From Candidatus Levybacteria bacterium GW2011_GWA1_37_16 (lineage in GTDB: Bacteria > Patescibacteriota > Microgenomatia > Levybacterales > UBA12049), in contig CALRDJ010000003.1 in NCBI GenBank assembly GCA_943354875.1, positions 1 through 38,847 on the forward strand: a stretch of DNA of 38,847 bases, given 5' to 3'. The position numbers were made by a program, and so were the translations under genes. Positions 9,208 through 18,805 of the stretch are shown here, piece by piece. Below the pieces are notes generated by a model. The model ran no database searches, was not told where the DNA came from, and saw nothing but the letters and a program-made list of their open reading frames with translations. How positions within the stretch are numbered: the stretch's first letter is position 1; every line of letters starts with the position of its first letter.

Positions 9208-9675
9208 TTAAGCTCGCGGTTTCACAACTAGAGTTCGATCTTTACCTTCGCCAATAGACTCTGACATGACTTCTGGATCTTCCTGTAAAATTACATGAAC
9301 AATACGACGCTCCCAAGATTTAAGACTTGGCAGAGCAATCTCACGACTTTCAGCAAGAGCTCGTTCTTTCGCTCCCTGTGCTAATCTTTCTAATGCATCA
9401 GTCCTGTTTTTCTTATAGTCACCAACTTCGAGAGATACTCGGACAAATGTTCCAACTTTCTTATATAGCTGGAGGGATGCGATGAGCTGGAGAGACTCAA
9501 GTGTTTCACCATGGTATCCGATAATCATCCCGCTATCCTCTGTGGCGATAACCGCATTTACCCCCTCGTCTCCTATTTGTGTTTCCACAGTACCGGAAAC
9601 ACCCAGAGAACTGAGAAGCGACTCAATCGTCTCTTGTGCTATTTTAGGGTCTATAGTTGCTAAAGTTGTTTCCAT
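9208..9675 (-). CDS. jag: Jag/KhpB RNA-binding protein (KH + R3H)
   Basis: IIGYHGETLESLQ (KH), ERRIVH (R3H), SESIGEG; canonical position after yidC. Confidence 0.9.
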   Translation of the reverse strand: METTLATIDPKIAQETIESLLSSLGVSGTVETQIGDEGVNAVIATEDSGMIIGYHGETLESLQLIASLQLYKKVGTFVRVSLEVGDYKKNRTDALERLAQGAKERALAESREIALPSLKSWERRIVHVILQEDPEVMSESIGEGKDRTLVVKPRA

Positions 9676-10493
9676 TATTTTTTATTTTTTATCAATGACT
9701 TCGATGGCCAAAACTTCATGCCTCCCCATCCTTGCAATTGATACTGCTGTAGTATACCAAAAATCGTGAATGTATTCCAATAGAGAGACAAACCGACAGG
9801 AAGCTGATATGAAAAAAGGGCAATCATGAAGGGGAAAAGATAGGTCGATTGGGTCTGAAAAGCAGTGGCAAAGTCATCTGATTTTTTCTTTTCATTCGGA
9901 TCCTTCGGCAGTATCATCATCTTTGATTGAATAAACTGCAAAACCCCCGTAATCACCGGGATAAGAAGTAAATATGGCATCGTCTGTAAAAGAGCTGAGG
10001 GTGAGAGGCCAAGTGGGATACCGAAAAAACTTAAATCCCATGGCATGGTCAGCTTAAATGTTGAGATATATACTTCGTTGTTTACAAAACGCATGGCCGC
10101 GTCTGGCGACATATTTACAATTTTTTGAAATGCATCATAAAGTGCCCAGATAATCGGCAACTGAATTATGAGAGGAAGGCATCCTGCGGCTGGATTTATC
10201 CCGTGCTCTTTATACAACTTCATCGTTTCTGTCTGAAGCTTTTTACTATCGTTCTTATGTTTATCTTTTAATCGAGAGAGGTGTGGCGCTACTGTCTGCA
10301 TCTGCTTAGAAGCTTTTAGCTGAGAATGCGTGAGGGGATACAATACTATTCTCATAACAACTGTTAAGAGAATGAGAGAAAATCCAAGCGGATAGGGCAC
10401 ATGAAGCAACAGGAGCCCATGATAAATCCCCGCCAAGACAGTAACTATTGGCTTTGTTAATGCTGCGTCAAATAAAAATCCTACTGTTTCCAT
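9675..10493 (-). CDS. yidC: membrane protein insertase YidC
   Basis: LYKEHGINPAAGCLPLIIQLPI and GLSLYW motifs. Start moved to ATG 10493 (TAATG overlap with yidD). Confidence 0.92.
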   Translation of the reverse strand: METVGFLFDAALTKPIVTVLAGIYHGLLLLHVPYPLGFSLILLTVVMRIVLYPLTHSQLKASKQMQTVAPHLSRLKDKHKNDSKKLQTETMKLYKEHGINPAAGCLPLIIQLPIIWALYDAFQKIVNMSPDAAMRFVNNEVYISTFKLTMPWDLSFFGIPLGLSPSALLQTMPYLLLIPVITGVLQFIQSKMMILPKDPNEKKKSDDFATAFQTQSTYLFPFMIALFSYQLPVGLSLYWNTFTIFGILQQYQLQGWGGMKFWPSKSLIKNKK

Positions 10494-10702
10494 TATGCAA
10501 AACTGAACTGACTGCAAGAGAGTACTCTCTTCAAGCCACGTTTCATTCCTTTCACTATACCATGATCTTCAACCATCATGATGGTATATTCTGAACAACT
10601 AGGATTAAATCTGCATCCGCGAGAAACACCAAGTAGTTGGTGAAGAAGGGGAGATACGATAATTTTGTAAATGGTTAATGCCATAAGTAAAAGTTTTTTC
10701 AT
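10493..10702 (-). CDS. yidD: membrane protein insertion efficiency factor YidD
   Basis: YKIIVSP, CRFNPSCSEY, RVLSC; synteny rnpA-yidD-yidC. Confidence 0.92.
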   Translation of the reverse strand: MKKLLLMALTIYKIIVSPLLHQLLGVSRGCRFNPSCSEYTIMMVEDHGIVKGMKRGLKRVLSCSQFSFA

Positions 10703-10703
10703 G

Positions 10704-11021
10704 TTAGTTGATAAATTTTTGTACTTGTTCTCGTATGTTCTTATCTAGCACTTCTTTTTCCTGATCTAAGGCCTGTTTTTTGACGATAACTACCATGTCT
10801 CTTCCTGCATGTAGTCCTGTTTTAGCCAAGCACTCCCGAATTATCCGTTTTATCTTATTACGAATAACCGCTCTCATATCTACTTTTTTTGATACCACTA
10901 CGCTAAACCTACTGTGGACAGTATTGTTCATGCCAAGCTTTATAGTGAAAAACGGTGTTGAAAAAGAACGAGTGAGAGCAGGTCGAATATTTCGAGAAAG
11001 CCTATTTCCTTTTTTAAACAT
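10704..11021 (-). CDS. rnpA: ribonuclease P protein component
   Basis: RFSVVVSKKV..RAVIRNKIKRIIRE (RNR motif); synteny. Confidence 0.92.
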   Translation of the reverse strand: MFKKGNRLSRNIRPALTRSFSTPFFTIKLGMNNTVHSRFSVVVSKKVDMRAVIRNKIKRIIRECLAKTGLHAGRDMVVIVKKQALDQEKEVLDKNIREQVQKFIN

Positions 11022-11155
11022 TAGATAGCCAGACGCACCCTTTTGGATGCTCGACGGCGCTTTATTACCTTTTGTCCGCTATGTGTTTTCATGCGAGACA
11101 TGAATCCATGCTTTCTCTTTCTCTTGGCTTTTTTTAACTTAATTGTTTTCCCCAT
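11021..11155 (-). CDS. rpmH: 50S ribosomal protein L34
   Basis: 44 aa MGKTIKLKKAKRKRKHGFMSRMKTHSGQKVIKRRRASKRVRLAI from ATG 11155; HGF..RM.T..G motif; divergent from dnaA. Confidence 0.92.
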   Translation of the reverse strand: MGKTIKLKKAKRKRKHGFMSRMKTHSGQKVIKRRRASKRVRLAI

Positions 11156-11232
11156 ATGTGATAGTATACCAAAAATCACGCTCCCTGAAAAGAGCCGGAT
11201 GAGAAAAAAGGAAATTGACCTAGTTTTATCTC

Positions 11233-11262
11233 TTGACAAGAAGTTATCCACATCGTTAAACT
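11233..11262 (+). promoter_or_regulatory. dnaA promoter with a DnaA box in the spacer
   Basis: TTGACA 11233-11238, perfect TTATCCACA 11244-11252, TAAACT 11257-11262. Confidence 0.75.
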
Positions 11263-11309
11263 GCCTCTTACCACTAACTGCATTAGTATTATTTTTTAGA
11301 AAATCTTAT

Positions 11310-12653
11310 ATGGAAAAAGATCAAAAAAAACTCTGGGAAAATATCCTCGCAAGTCTTGAAACTGAAATTTCTCGAGCCAACTTCCTGACTCTTTTCAGAA
11401 ATACTTCTATTATTTCGCTCGACCAAGACTCAATTACCATTGCTGCGCAATCGTCTATGATTATCGATCTTATCCAAAAAAGATTCCTGGATACACTCAC
11501 TAAAACCATAGCGCAGCATGTCGGACATCCAGTACAAATTCTGTTTATTCCTAAAATAGTTTCTACTGTCCAGCCCGAGGACGATGATTCTCCGCTATTT
11601 GCTCAGGAGATCATAAGAACAAAATTACCCATTGGCCACCTCCCTCGTGTACGACCGGATTTTACCTTTCAAAACATTGCCGTATCATCAAGTAATCAGC
11701 TTGCATTCGTCTCCGCTACAACAGTTGCGAAAAACCCAGGATCCTCGTACAACCCGCTTTTCATTTATGGTCCTACCGGAGTAGGGAAGACCCATCTCAT
11801 GCAAGCGATTGCCAACGAAGTTTATTCCCAAGATCCAAATCGGAAAATAATTTATACAACGAGCGAGGAGTTTACGAATGAGGTGGTTGAGGCTATCAGA
11901 AGTAACCAAACACAAAACATGAAAAAGAGATTTCGCAACGCAGCGCTTCTTATCATTGATGACGTTCAGTTTCTCGCGGGGAAGGATAAAGTACAAGAAG
12001 AATTATTTCATACATTTAATATCCTCATGGATCATGGTGCACAAATCGTTCTCTCATCAGATCGCCCTCCACACGAAATTAAAAAACTAGAAGCGCGTTT
12101 ATCTTCTCGGTTTTCCGGAGGACTCACTGTCGACGTGGAAGAGCCAGACTTTGAGCTAAAAACCGCCATTCTACTCATCAAGGCGAAGAAGTTCGGGGTA
12201 GATCTACCCATAAATGTCGCCAAGATTATCGCAGAATCAGTTACGGATACGAGAACGCTTGAGGGAGTACTACTGCGAGTAATCACCGAGGCATCGTCCA
12301 TGGAAGGGGAGATCACCGAACAAATCGCTACTCGTGCATTGAACGGGAAAAAACCTGAACAAAATCATTTCCACGCAGACGATATCATCAAAAGCGTCTG
12401 TGAGTATTATGATGTAAAGCCCACGCAGATAAAAGGCCCCAAGCGTGATGCATCCCTAGTTCGAGCTCGACAAATAATTATGTACCTACTCAAGACTGAG
12501 CTAAAGCTTCCACTCGTCGAAATAGGAAACGCCCTTGGAGGTCGAGATCACACGACTATTATGTATGGTGTGGAAAAGATGGGAAAACTCGTACTAACAG
12601 ACGAGCGACTACATGAGGAAATCATGGGGATAACTAAAACGGTTCGGGGATAA
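11310..12653 (+). CDS. dnaA: chromosomal replication initiator DnaA
   Basis: YNPLFIYGPTGVGKTHL, LLIIDDVQF, QEELFHTFN, GGRDHTT. Start moved from 11043 to ATG 11310 (MEKDQKKLWENIL). Confidence 0.97.
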   Translation: MEKDQKKLWENILASLETEISRANFLTLFRNTSIISLDQDSITIAAQSSMIIDLIQKRFLDTLTKTIAQHVGHPVQILFIPKIVSTVQPEDDDSPLFAQEIIRTKLPIGHLPRVRPDFTFQNIAVSSSNQLAFVSATTVAKNPGSSYNPLFIYGPTGVGKTHLMQAIANEVYSQDPNRKIIYTTSEEFTNEVVEAIRSNQTQNMKKRFRNAALLIIDDVQFLAGKDKVQEELFHTFNILMDHGAQIVLSSDRPPHEIKKLEARLSSRFSGGLTVDVEEPDFELKTAILLIKAKKFGVDLPINVAKIIAESVTDTRTLEGVLLRVITEASSMEGEITEQIATRALNGKKPEQNHFHADDIIKSVCEYYDVKPTQIKGPKRDASLVRARQIIMYLLKTELKLPLVEIGNALGGRDHTTIMYGVEKMGKLVLTDERLHEEIMGITKTVRG

Positions 12654-12851
12654 CTTGTTAACAATATTTAAAACCTTTGTTATAAACATGTTATACCCAA
12701 AGTTTTCCACTAGTTTTCTACATTAAAACATCTATGTTTAGACTATTAATCCAACCACTCTTGTATTTCTCCACTTTTCCCTATACACTACTACAACAAC
12801 AAATAGAATTATCTAAAGACAAAGACCGAGTTATAAAAACCATATAAATAT
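12625..12851. other. replication origin oriC
   Basis: dnaA-dnaN spacer with degenerate DnaA boxes (TGGGGATAA 12625, CGGGGATAA 12645, TTATAAACA 12680, TTATACCCA 12691, TTTTCCACT 12703, TTTTCTACA 12714, TTCTCCACT 12767), a trio-like CTACTACAACAACAA at 12788-12802 and an AT-rich tail. Confidence 0.8.
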
Positions 12852-13970
12852 ATGAAAGTCTCGTTTTTATCAGAATCTATACAAAAAAGATTATCCCTCT
12901 TAAATCACGCAGTTTCTGCCAAAAGCCAACTACCGGTACTTTTAAACTTTCTTATAGAAACATCTGATGGGAAACTAAAAATTAGCGCTACTGATTTAGA
13001 AATAGGAATAGAAATATATATACCAACCACTATAGAGGAGGAGGGTGGAATTACTGTTCCCGCAAAAGTTTTTACTGAGCTCATCAACTCATTACCAGTA
13101 GGAAAGATAACTCTCCAAACAGAGGGTGGCTCACTAAAGGTAATCTCTTCTAGATCAGAGAGTATTTTTCAGACAATATCACAAGAGGATTTCCCAAAAC
13201 TCTATCAACAAAAGGGAGATAAGATAGCAGAGATTTCAGTTAAGGATCTTCATGACGAGTTTTTAAAAGTAGTATTCGCTGCAAGTCTCGATATAGCTCG
13301 TCCAGCATTGACTGGGGTACTTATGAAAAAAGAAGAGACAGGATTTCTTCTCGTAGCTACGGATGGCTATAGACTCTCACTTAAGCATTATAAGGCTGAG
13401 TCAGTCAGTAATTTAGAGAATGGCGCCTCATTTCTCATTCCCAGTAGGCTTATCAAGGAAGTTATAGGGTTGAAGGGGGAGGATGGGCCAGTTATTTTGT
13501 ATACTGCTAAGGAGAGTAATCAAGTGGTGTTTGAGCAAAAAGATGTACTGATAGTGGGTCGCTTGATCGAAGCAGAATTTCCGAGTTATGAACGTATTCT
13601 CCCTGAGGATTTTGCTACGAGAGTTATATTCGATAGGGGAGAGTTTCAATCTGCGGTAAAAACGAGTGCGATATTTGCGAGAGAAACTGCGAATATTATA
13701 AAAGTATCAGCACAGAAGGATAAATTGGTACTATCTGCGAATACCCCGTCTGTCGGGAGTAATTCTGTGGAAATAGAAGTGAAGCAATCAGGTGAGGAGA
13801 ATGAGATTGCGTTTAATGCTCGCTATGTACTTGACATGCTCTCTATTATTACTGAAAATGAAATGGTGTTTGAGATGACAGGACCATTAAACCCTGGAGT
13901 GTTTAAAATAGCAAGCGATCCTTCGTATCTTCATATAATCATGCCGATTCGTATACAAACAGAAAAGTAG
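12852..13970 (+). CDS. dnaN: DNA polymerase III beta clamp
   Basis: SATDLEI, VATDGYRL, GRLIEAEFPSY, IAFNARY, HIIMPIR. Confidence 0.97.
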   Translation: MKVSFLSESIQKRLSLLNHAVSAKSQLPVLLNFLIETSDGKLKISATDLEIGIEIYIPTTIEEEGGITVPAKVFTELINSLPVGKITLQTEGGSLKVISSRSESIFQTISQEDFPKLYQQKGDKIAEISVKDLHDEFLKVVFAASLDIARPALTGVLMKKEETGFLLVATDGYRLSLKHYKAESVSNLENGASFLIPSRLIKEVIGLKGEDGPVILYTAKESNQVVFEQKDVLIVGRLIEAEFPSYERILPEDFATRVIFDRGEFQSAVKTSAIFARETANIIKVSAQKDKLVLSANTPSVGSNSVEIEVKQSGEENEIAFNARYVLDMLSIITENEMVFEMTGPLNPGVFKIASDPSYLHIIMPIRIQTEK

Positions 13971-13983
13971 GGAGGTATTGAAT

Positions 13984-15142
13984 ATGCCAATTCCTTGGCA
14001 CGAGAATATCACGAGGAGACAGATAATTGGTACTTTTTTTATTACAAGCACCACTCCTAGCTTCTTGTGATTCATCTATGCCCCAAGCACCTCCTAGAGA
14101 AAAGGCTAGAAATATTCGCTCACCAGAACTTGAAGGCGTATTTTTGCCGGGCGATATATATCGACATAAAAATGGGTTTTATTTACCCAAGAATGGCGCT
14201 TACTACAAATTTGAACCAGAGGAATTTGAGCAGTACAAGAAGAATACGTTGTTTCAGGATTATGGAAGAAGAGCTTTTAATATCGATAGAATTTCCAGAA
14301 CAGTAGTACCAATTGGTGATATACAAGAGAACCAGATAGATAACACTGGAAACTTTAAGGTAGCCAAGCCACGTGGTGGAATAGATAATGCATTCTCCTC
14401 AGGATTTCTAGATGATGCGGTCGTTCTTCTACCCTATGACAGAATACTCCTCAATGAAACGTTTGAAACACTAAAACAGGAGTTGGGTGGATCGGGGTGG
14501 GATAGGGCTCTGGATACGGTACATTTTACTCATAGATTTGAAGACTCGGTTGTTAAGGAATATGAGTCGAAAGACACAGCGGTTTCCATACAGACAAGTT
14601 TTAAAAAAGCAGACGTGTTTATAGATAGGTTTGTTCGAGATCACCCACTGGTGCAGTTGAATGGCGTGGGACATAGTCTAGGTGGCTTGATCGTTTTACG
14701 AATGGCCATGAGGCATCCTGGTGTGTTTAATAGTGTTTCTGTTTTGGCGTGTCCTGCATATGGCATAGAGCCCACTGAGGAGATGGAGAAATTAATTACG
14801 GTGGTGCATGGACTTCTGAAAGCAAAAGGAATAGAAGAGGAATTGTCTCAGAGCCTGCTTGAGTTGTGGGGTGATGCGGATTACAGAAAAAAGCTCGACA
14901 CGTTTACGGAGAGCTTTACTAAAGCTGGGAGGAGACTAACAAGTGTTTTCGTGGAGAACGATAGAATCAGTACAAAGAAAAACGCCACACTTAAGGGAGC
15001 TGAAAATATTGAATTATCACGATCTAGTTTTTCAGACTCTATTACTGACCCGTTTGGCTTAAAGGCTCACGGGAGACCACTCAGAGAGCCTGCCTCTATA
15101 GAGGCGATTGTCAGAAGCATTGGAAAGAATCCGAGACTATAG
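13984..15142 (+). CDS. alpha/beta-hydrolase lipoprotein, apparently frameshifted at a T7 tract
   Basis: GHSLGG nucleophile elbow, C-terminal His, lipobox LLASC. GGAGGT RBS and ATG 13984 give MPIPWHENITRRQIIGT, which joins the 14027-15142 frame if one T of 14034-14040 is removed. Confidence 0.75.
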
Positions 15143-15164
15143 TTATCTCTCTGTCTGATAATAG

Positions 15165-16790
15165 TTAAGGATTTAAGATGGACTTCATGAATTGATAATG
15201 GAGCGGAGCGCGACCTTGGCCAAATGGATATAAGCTTTGTTTTTTCGGACAGCTATTCACGATAACTTGTTCAGGAAATAGGTTTATAAAATAAGAGACA
15301 GATTCTGCAAAGTCCTCATCCACATTGCAATCACCATATCCAGTTAGTCCTCCCTCCTTGCTTCTGATTTCCGAAATCTTGCCATAGACTGCTTTTCTCG
15401 GACTACCAGCTGGTCCATGGATGACATGTCCGAGTTCATGAATGATTATTGCCTTAAATAGCGTTTCATTTGCAGTACTGGCACCAGGAGATGTATTTAC
15501 GGTCACCTCCGGTGGATTTTTCCAATTAAATGTTTCAGTGGTTCTTCCTGAATCAGGCAGTATTTTAATGGGTAAGCCACTCCCTGCTTCTTTTAAAAGC
15601 GGAAAGAATTGTGGTGCGACACTTTTCGCATTTCCAAAAGATTCATAGGACCACCTGAGCACTTCAAGACTAAAATCCGTGGCCATATCGATGTTGAACT
15701 GGTCAAGGATTTGTTTGCGTACTGTTGCAAGGTCATTACCTACCGGAGGGACTGTTCCCGATGGAGTGACAGCGGTTAATACGCATGCATGTATGCCAGC
15801 ATACAAGTCATTGCCATAGCTATATGGACCCGAAGTGCATCCCCCTGGTCCATATAGTGAACATCCGTAATAACTTCTTGCTACGGCCTGCATCACATCT
15901 TTGTTGCTGGTCCAGGACGGATCCCATTTAGTACCATCACCATATCCGCCAAATACCGGATAGCTGATTTTTTTTAGGATAAACCCCGTGGCGATCGTGA
16001 TACTGTTTTTTAGGTTACACATGTCAGCTTCAGTCAGTTGTTCCGGGGTTTTGCCGATCATGCGAGCACCGTTTCCCACAGCTCCTCCGTCGTATGCCCC
16101 TACATCTTCAAAGGGTGGAATTGCCTTGCTCGTTCCCCTTAGTCGTGCGTATAGCACATCATGAATCTGCTTCGGTGGCTGTATTTGCATAAGACCGAGG
16201 GCGCCTGTTCCGCTTATGGCGCAGCCAATGCCTGATAGTTCTTCGTCAGCGATTCCTGCGATACTGGGAGATTCTACTCGAGCAATAGCAGCCACCACCT
16301 GTGGGGGAACAGAGGAGAGGGTAGATGCTTCTTGAAAATAGCTCAGGAGCGTAGGGCTTTTATACAGAGCTGTGGTTGGCGATTGATCGCTTCTGGTAAA
16401 CGCACAGGAAGCTAAGTTTCCAGTATATGTTGCGGGTGTTCCTGACGGGATTGTTCCACCAATTGCCGTACCTCCTGGTGTTGGTGTGTCAGATGGTTTG
16501 GTTTCTCCTCCAGAGCTCAGGACTAAAAAAAGAGTTCCGATGATAATACCAATGACTACTAGAACAGGAATAAGTTCGAAAAAGATAACTCTTCCCGCTA
16601 GTTTTTTCGCCACCGATCCAGCGACTTGTTTCTCTACTTCATCGGTTGCTTTCTTTTTCGCAAAGCGTCCTGCAATATTTCTCATCGCAGCGTTTCCTGC
16701 TTGATTTGCAACGGGATTAGAAGATGACCCCGACTGGGGAGCTTGTTGCTGGGGCTGTTCTGGTTCTTGTTCTTGTTCTTGTTCGTCCAT
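15165..16790 (-). CDS. membrane-anchored lytic transglycosylase-like + HExxH metallopeptidase fusion (VirB1-analogue)
   Basis: One TM segment; AAIARVES...GALGLMQIQP (lysozyme/SLT-like); IIHELGHVIH...EDFAES (zincin); directly downstream of virB4. Confidence 0.7.
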   Translation of the reverse strand: MDEQEQEQEPEQPQQQAPQSGSSSNPVANQAGNAAMRNIAGRFAKKKATDEVEKQVAGSVAKKLAGRVIFFELIPVLVVIGIIIGTLFLVLSSGGETKPSDTPTPGGTAIGGTIPSGTPATYTGNLASCAFTRSDQSPTTALYKSPTLLSYFQEASTLSSVPPQVVAAIARVESPSIAGIADEELSGIGCAISGTGALGLMQIQPPKQIHDVLYARLRGTSKAIPPFEDVGAYDGGAVGNGARMIGKTPEQLTEADMCNLKNSITIATGFILKKISYPVFGGYGDGTKWDPSWTSNKDVMQAVARSYYGCSLYGPGGCTSGPYSYGNDLYAGIHACVLTAVTPSGTVPPVGNDLATVRKQILDQFNIDMATDFSLEVLRWSYESFGNAKSVAPQFFPLLKEAGSGLPIKILPDSGRTTETFNWKNPPEVTVNTSPGASTANETLFKAIIIHELGHVIHGPAGSPRKAVYGKISEIRSKEGGLTGYGDCNVDEDFAESVSYFINLFPEQVIVNSCPKKQSLYPFGQGRAPLHYQFMKSILNP

Positions 16791-16798
16791 AGCTCATA

Positions 16799-18805
16799 TT
16801 ATGGTGTTGCCGGTGACAAAGGTGATGGATTTGTAGTTGCGACTGGGGTAACAGGCGAGACTGGAAGCACAGGAATTGGCGCTGAGACAGGAGCCATAGG
16901 TGTCTGAGTGGGTGGTGCGGGTGGAGTGGGCGCAGCTGTGATGGGTTGAGCTACTGGTTCCTGACGCGCCATAGCCTGTTGACGGGCTAAAACTTCCTGA
17001 GGATTTGAGGTGATAAGCTCATGCTCAAAGGGCGCTGCGATAACCTTCATCGCCACATGGTTTTGTCCTGCGAAAAATAGTCCTTCTCCGATGTCGGCAG
17101 AAAGGAGAAGAGCTTTCTCTCCTTCTGAGAGAAAAAAGGTTTTCGTAATCATGTCCACCTCTGCGGCTCCCTGCTTTAGCAGGACTTGAATAGACGAGTT
17201 GGTGAGGACCGCCTTACCATAATCAGTAGAAAGGAAATCCTCTACGTCTTGGGTCGCTGTAGTGAGTCCCAGATAGTACTTACGAGCCCTCTTGGCTATG
17301 CTGTAAACGAATGATGCGCTGTCTTCATATTTCATCATGTACCACGCTTCGTCTAGAATAAGCAGTCTTTTTTTCAGTGTTTTTCGAACTCGTGTCCACA
17401 CGAAATCCAGAATTATATGCATGGCAATTGGTCGTAATTCTTCTTCGAGTCCTCGAATGGAGAAGACAGTAAATGGATTGGTAATATTGAAGTTAGACTG
17501 CTGATTAAAAATACCATTTAAGCTCCCCTTTATAAACTTTTCGAGTCGCAGTGCGAGTTCTTTGGCAGCAGGATCTTCTGTTCCCAGGAGTGTTTTGTAC
17601 AGGTCCTCCATAAGCGGTGCGGGTTGTTTTTGGGTCGCAGGATCTGTCGTAATGCCTTTTTGGCGATACGTCTCCATAAGCGCTCGATCTAATATGGCGT
17701 CGTGTGAGGCATCAAGTTCTCCCATAATGATGCGAAGGAGTCCGTGGAGAGAGAGGATTTTTAGTCCGAGCTCGTTTTCTCCTTCTTCATAGAGACCAGA
17801 CAGATCAAACGGATTGATCTTTATCGGAGAGTTGGAGGTAAATGATACATATTCTCCGCCAACAGTCTTGGCTAATGTTTCATATTCCCCTTCGGGGTCG
17901 ACTATGATCACCTCTGCGCCAAACATAAATTGTCGCATAGCCTCCAGTTTTATAAGAAATGATTTTCCAGAGCCTGATTTTCCGAGGACTACCTCGTTTG
18001 CGTTTTCCAGGGAAAATCGGTCAAAGATGACCAGTGAATTATTTTGCTGGTTAATACCATAGAGCACTCCTTTGTCTTGGGTCAGGGTGGCTGAGGTAAA
18101 TGGAAAAGTAGATGCGAGTGACGTCGTGTCCATATTTCGGGTGATAAAGAGCTTATCTTGTCCGGTAGGCACGGTGGATTTAAATCCTTCTTCCATTTGG
18201 AGTGTGGCTGTTTTGGCTGTCATGAGAAGTGATCCAAGCGTTGCCTGTAGTCTTCTCGTGGAATCTTCGAGGTCTCCATCGGTGTCGGCCGAAATAGTAA
18301 GGTACAGACTGAATTGGTAAAATCGTTCTACGCCCTTTGCTAGTTCTCCTTGGAGCGCAAGTGCGTCCTCCAGCGCTGCGGTGACTTTCGGATCCAAGAC
18401 TTGGTTGTGTTCGACCTGAGACGAGACGGTTGCTTCCATTTCTGCAATTTTTCGCCGTAAGTCTGAAAGGACATCGCTTGAGGTCGTAGGATAAATAAAC
18501 ATAGAGATATCCATGGTATGGTCAAAATCTATGATCGGCTGAAGCCAGTTCGCTGACACATATCGTGGATAGTCGACGACGAACAGCGTTTTAAAGAACT
18601 GTTCACCGACGCGAATAAAGCGAAAGTCTACTTCTATCGACGATGGTGCTATAACATCTGCCAGAGAAACCATGCCTTTTTCAAGAGCTGCGAGCTGTGT
18701 GGCTCCTTGGGCTGCTTGCTCAGTTGGCGACTTGGGCTTCAGTGTGCCCGGTTGGACATTCTCTGTCATGGTCGGCGTAGTTACTTTTTTGCCAAAGCCA
18801 AACAT
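16799..18805 (-). CDS. virB4: VirB4-family type IV secretion ATPase
   Basis: GVLYGIN, GKSGSGKS (Walker A), IVDPEGEY, INPFD, LILDEAW (Walker B), RARKY, ATQDVEDF. Confidence 0.9.
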   Translation of the reverse strand: MFGFGKKVTTPTMTENVQPGTLKPKSPTEQAAQGATQLAALEKGMVSLADVIAPSSIEVDFRFIRVGEQFFKTLFVVDYPRYVSANWLQPIIDFDHTMDISMFIYPTTSSDVLSDLRRKIAEMEATVSSQVEHNQVLDPKVTAALEDALALQGELAKGVERFYQFSLYLTISADTDGDLEDSTRRLQATLGSLLMTAKTATLQMEEGFKSTVPTGQDKLFITRNMDTTSLASTFPFTSATLTQDKGVLYGINQQNNSLVIFDRFSLENANEVVLGKSGSGKSFLIKLEAMRQFMFGAEVIIVDPEGEYETLAKTVGGEYVSFTSNSPIKINPFDLSGLYEEGENELGLKILSLHGLLRIIMGELDASHDAILDRALMETYRQKGITTDPATQKQPAPLMEDLYKTLLGTEDPAAKELALRLEKFIKGSLNGIFNQQSNFNITNPFTVFSIRGLEEELRPIAMHIILDFVWTRVRKTLKKRLLILDEAWYMMKYEDSASFVYSIAKRARKYYLGLTTATQDVEDFLSTDYGKAVLTNSSIQVLLKQGAAEVDMITKTFFLSEGEKALLLSADIGEGLFFAGQNHVAMKVIAAPFEHELITSNPQEVLARQQAMARQEPVAQPITAAPTPPAPPTQTPMAPVSAPIPVLPVSPVTPVATTNPSPLSPATP

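Noticed and set aside
11021-11155. Atypical L34 N-terminus (lacks MKRTYQP)
   Set aside because: The core motif and synteny are intact; consistent with ordinary sequence divergence.
11043-11309. N-terminal extension of DnaA (and of rpmH to 11251) in the ORF track
   Set aside because: The extension overlaps rpmH antisense and the promoter/DnaA box; ATG 11310 and ATG 11155 give normal-length proteins.
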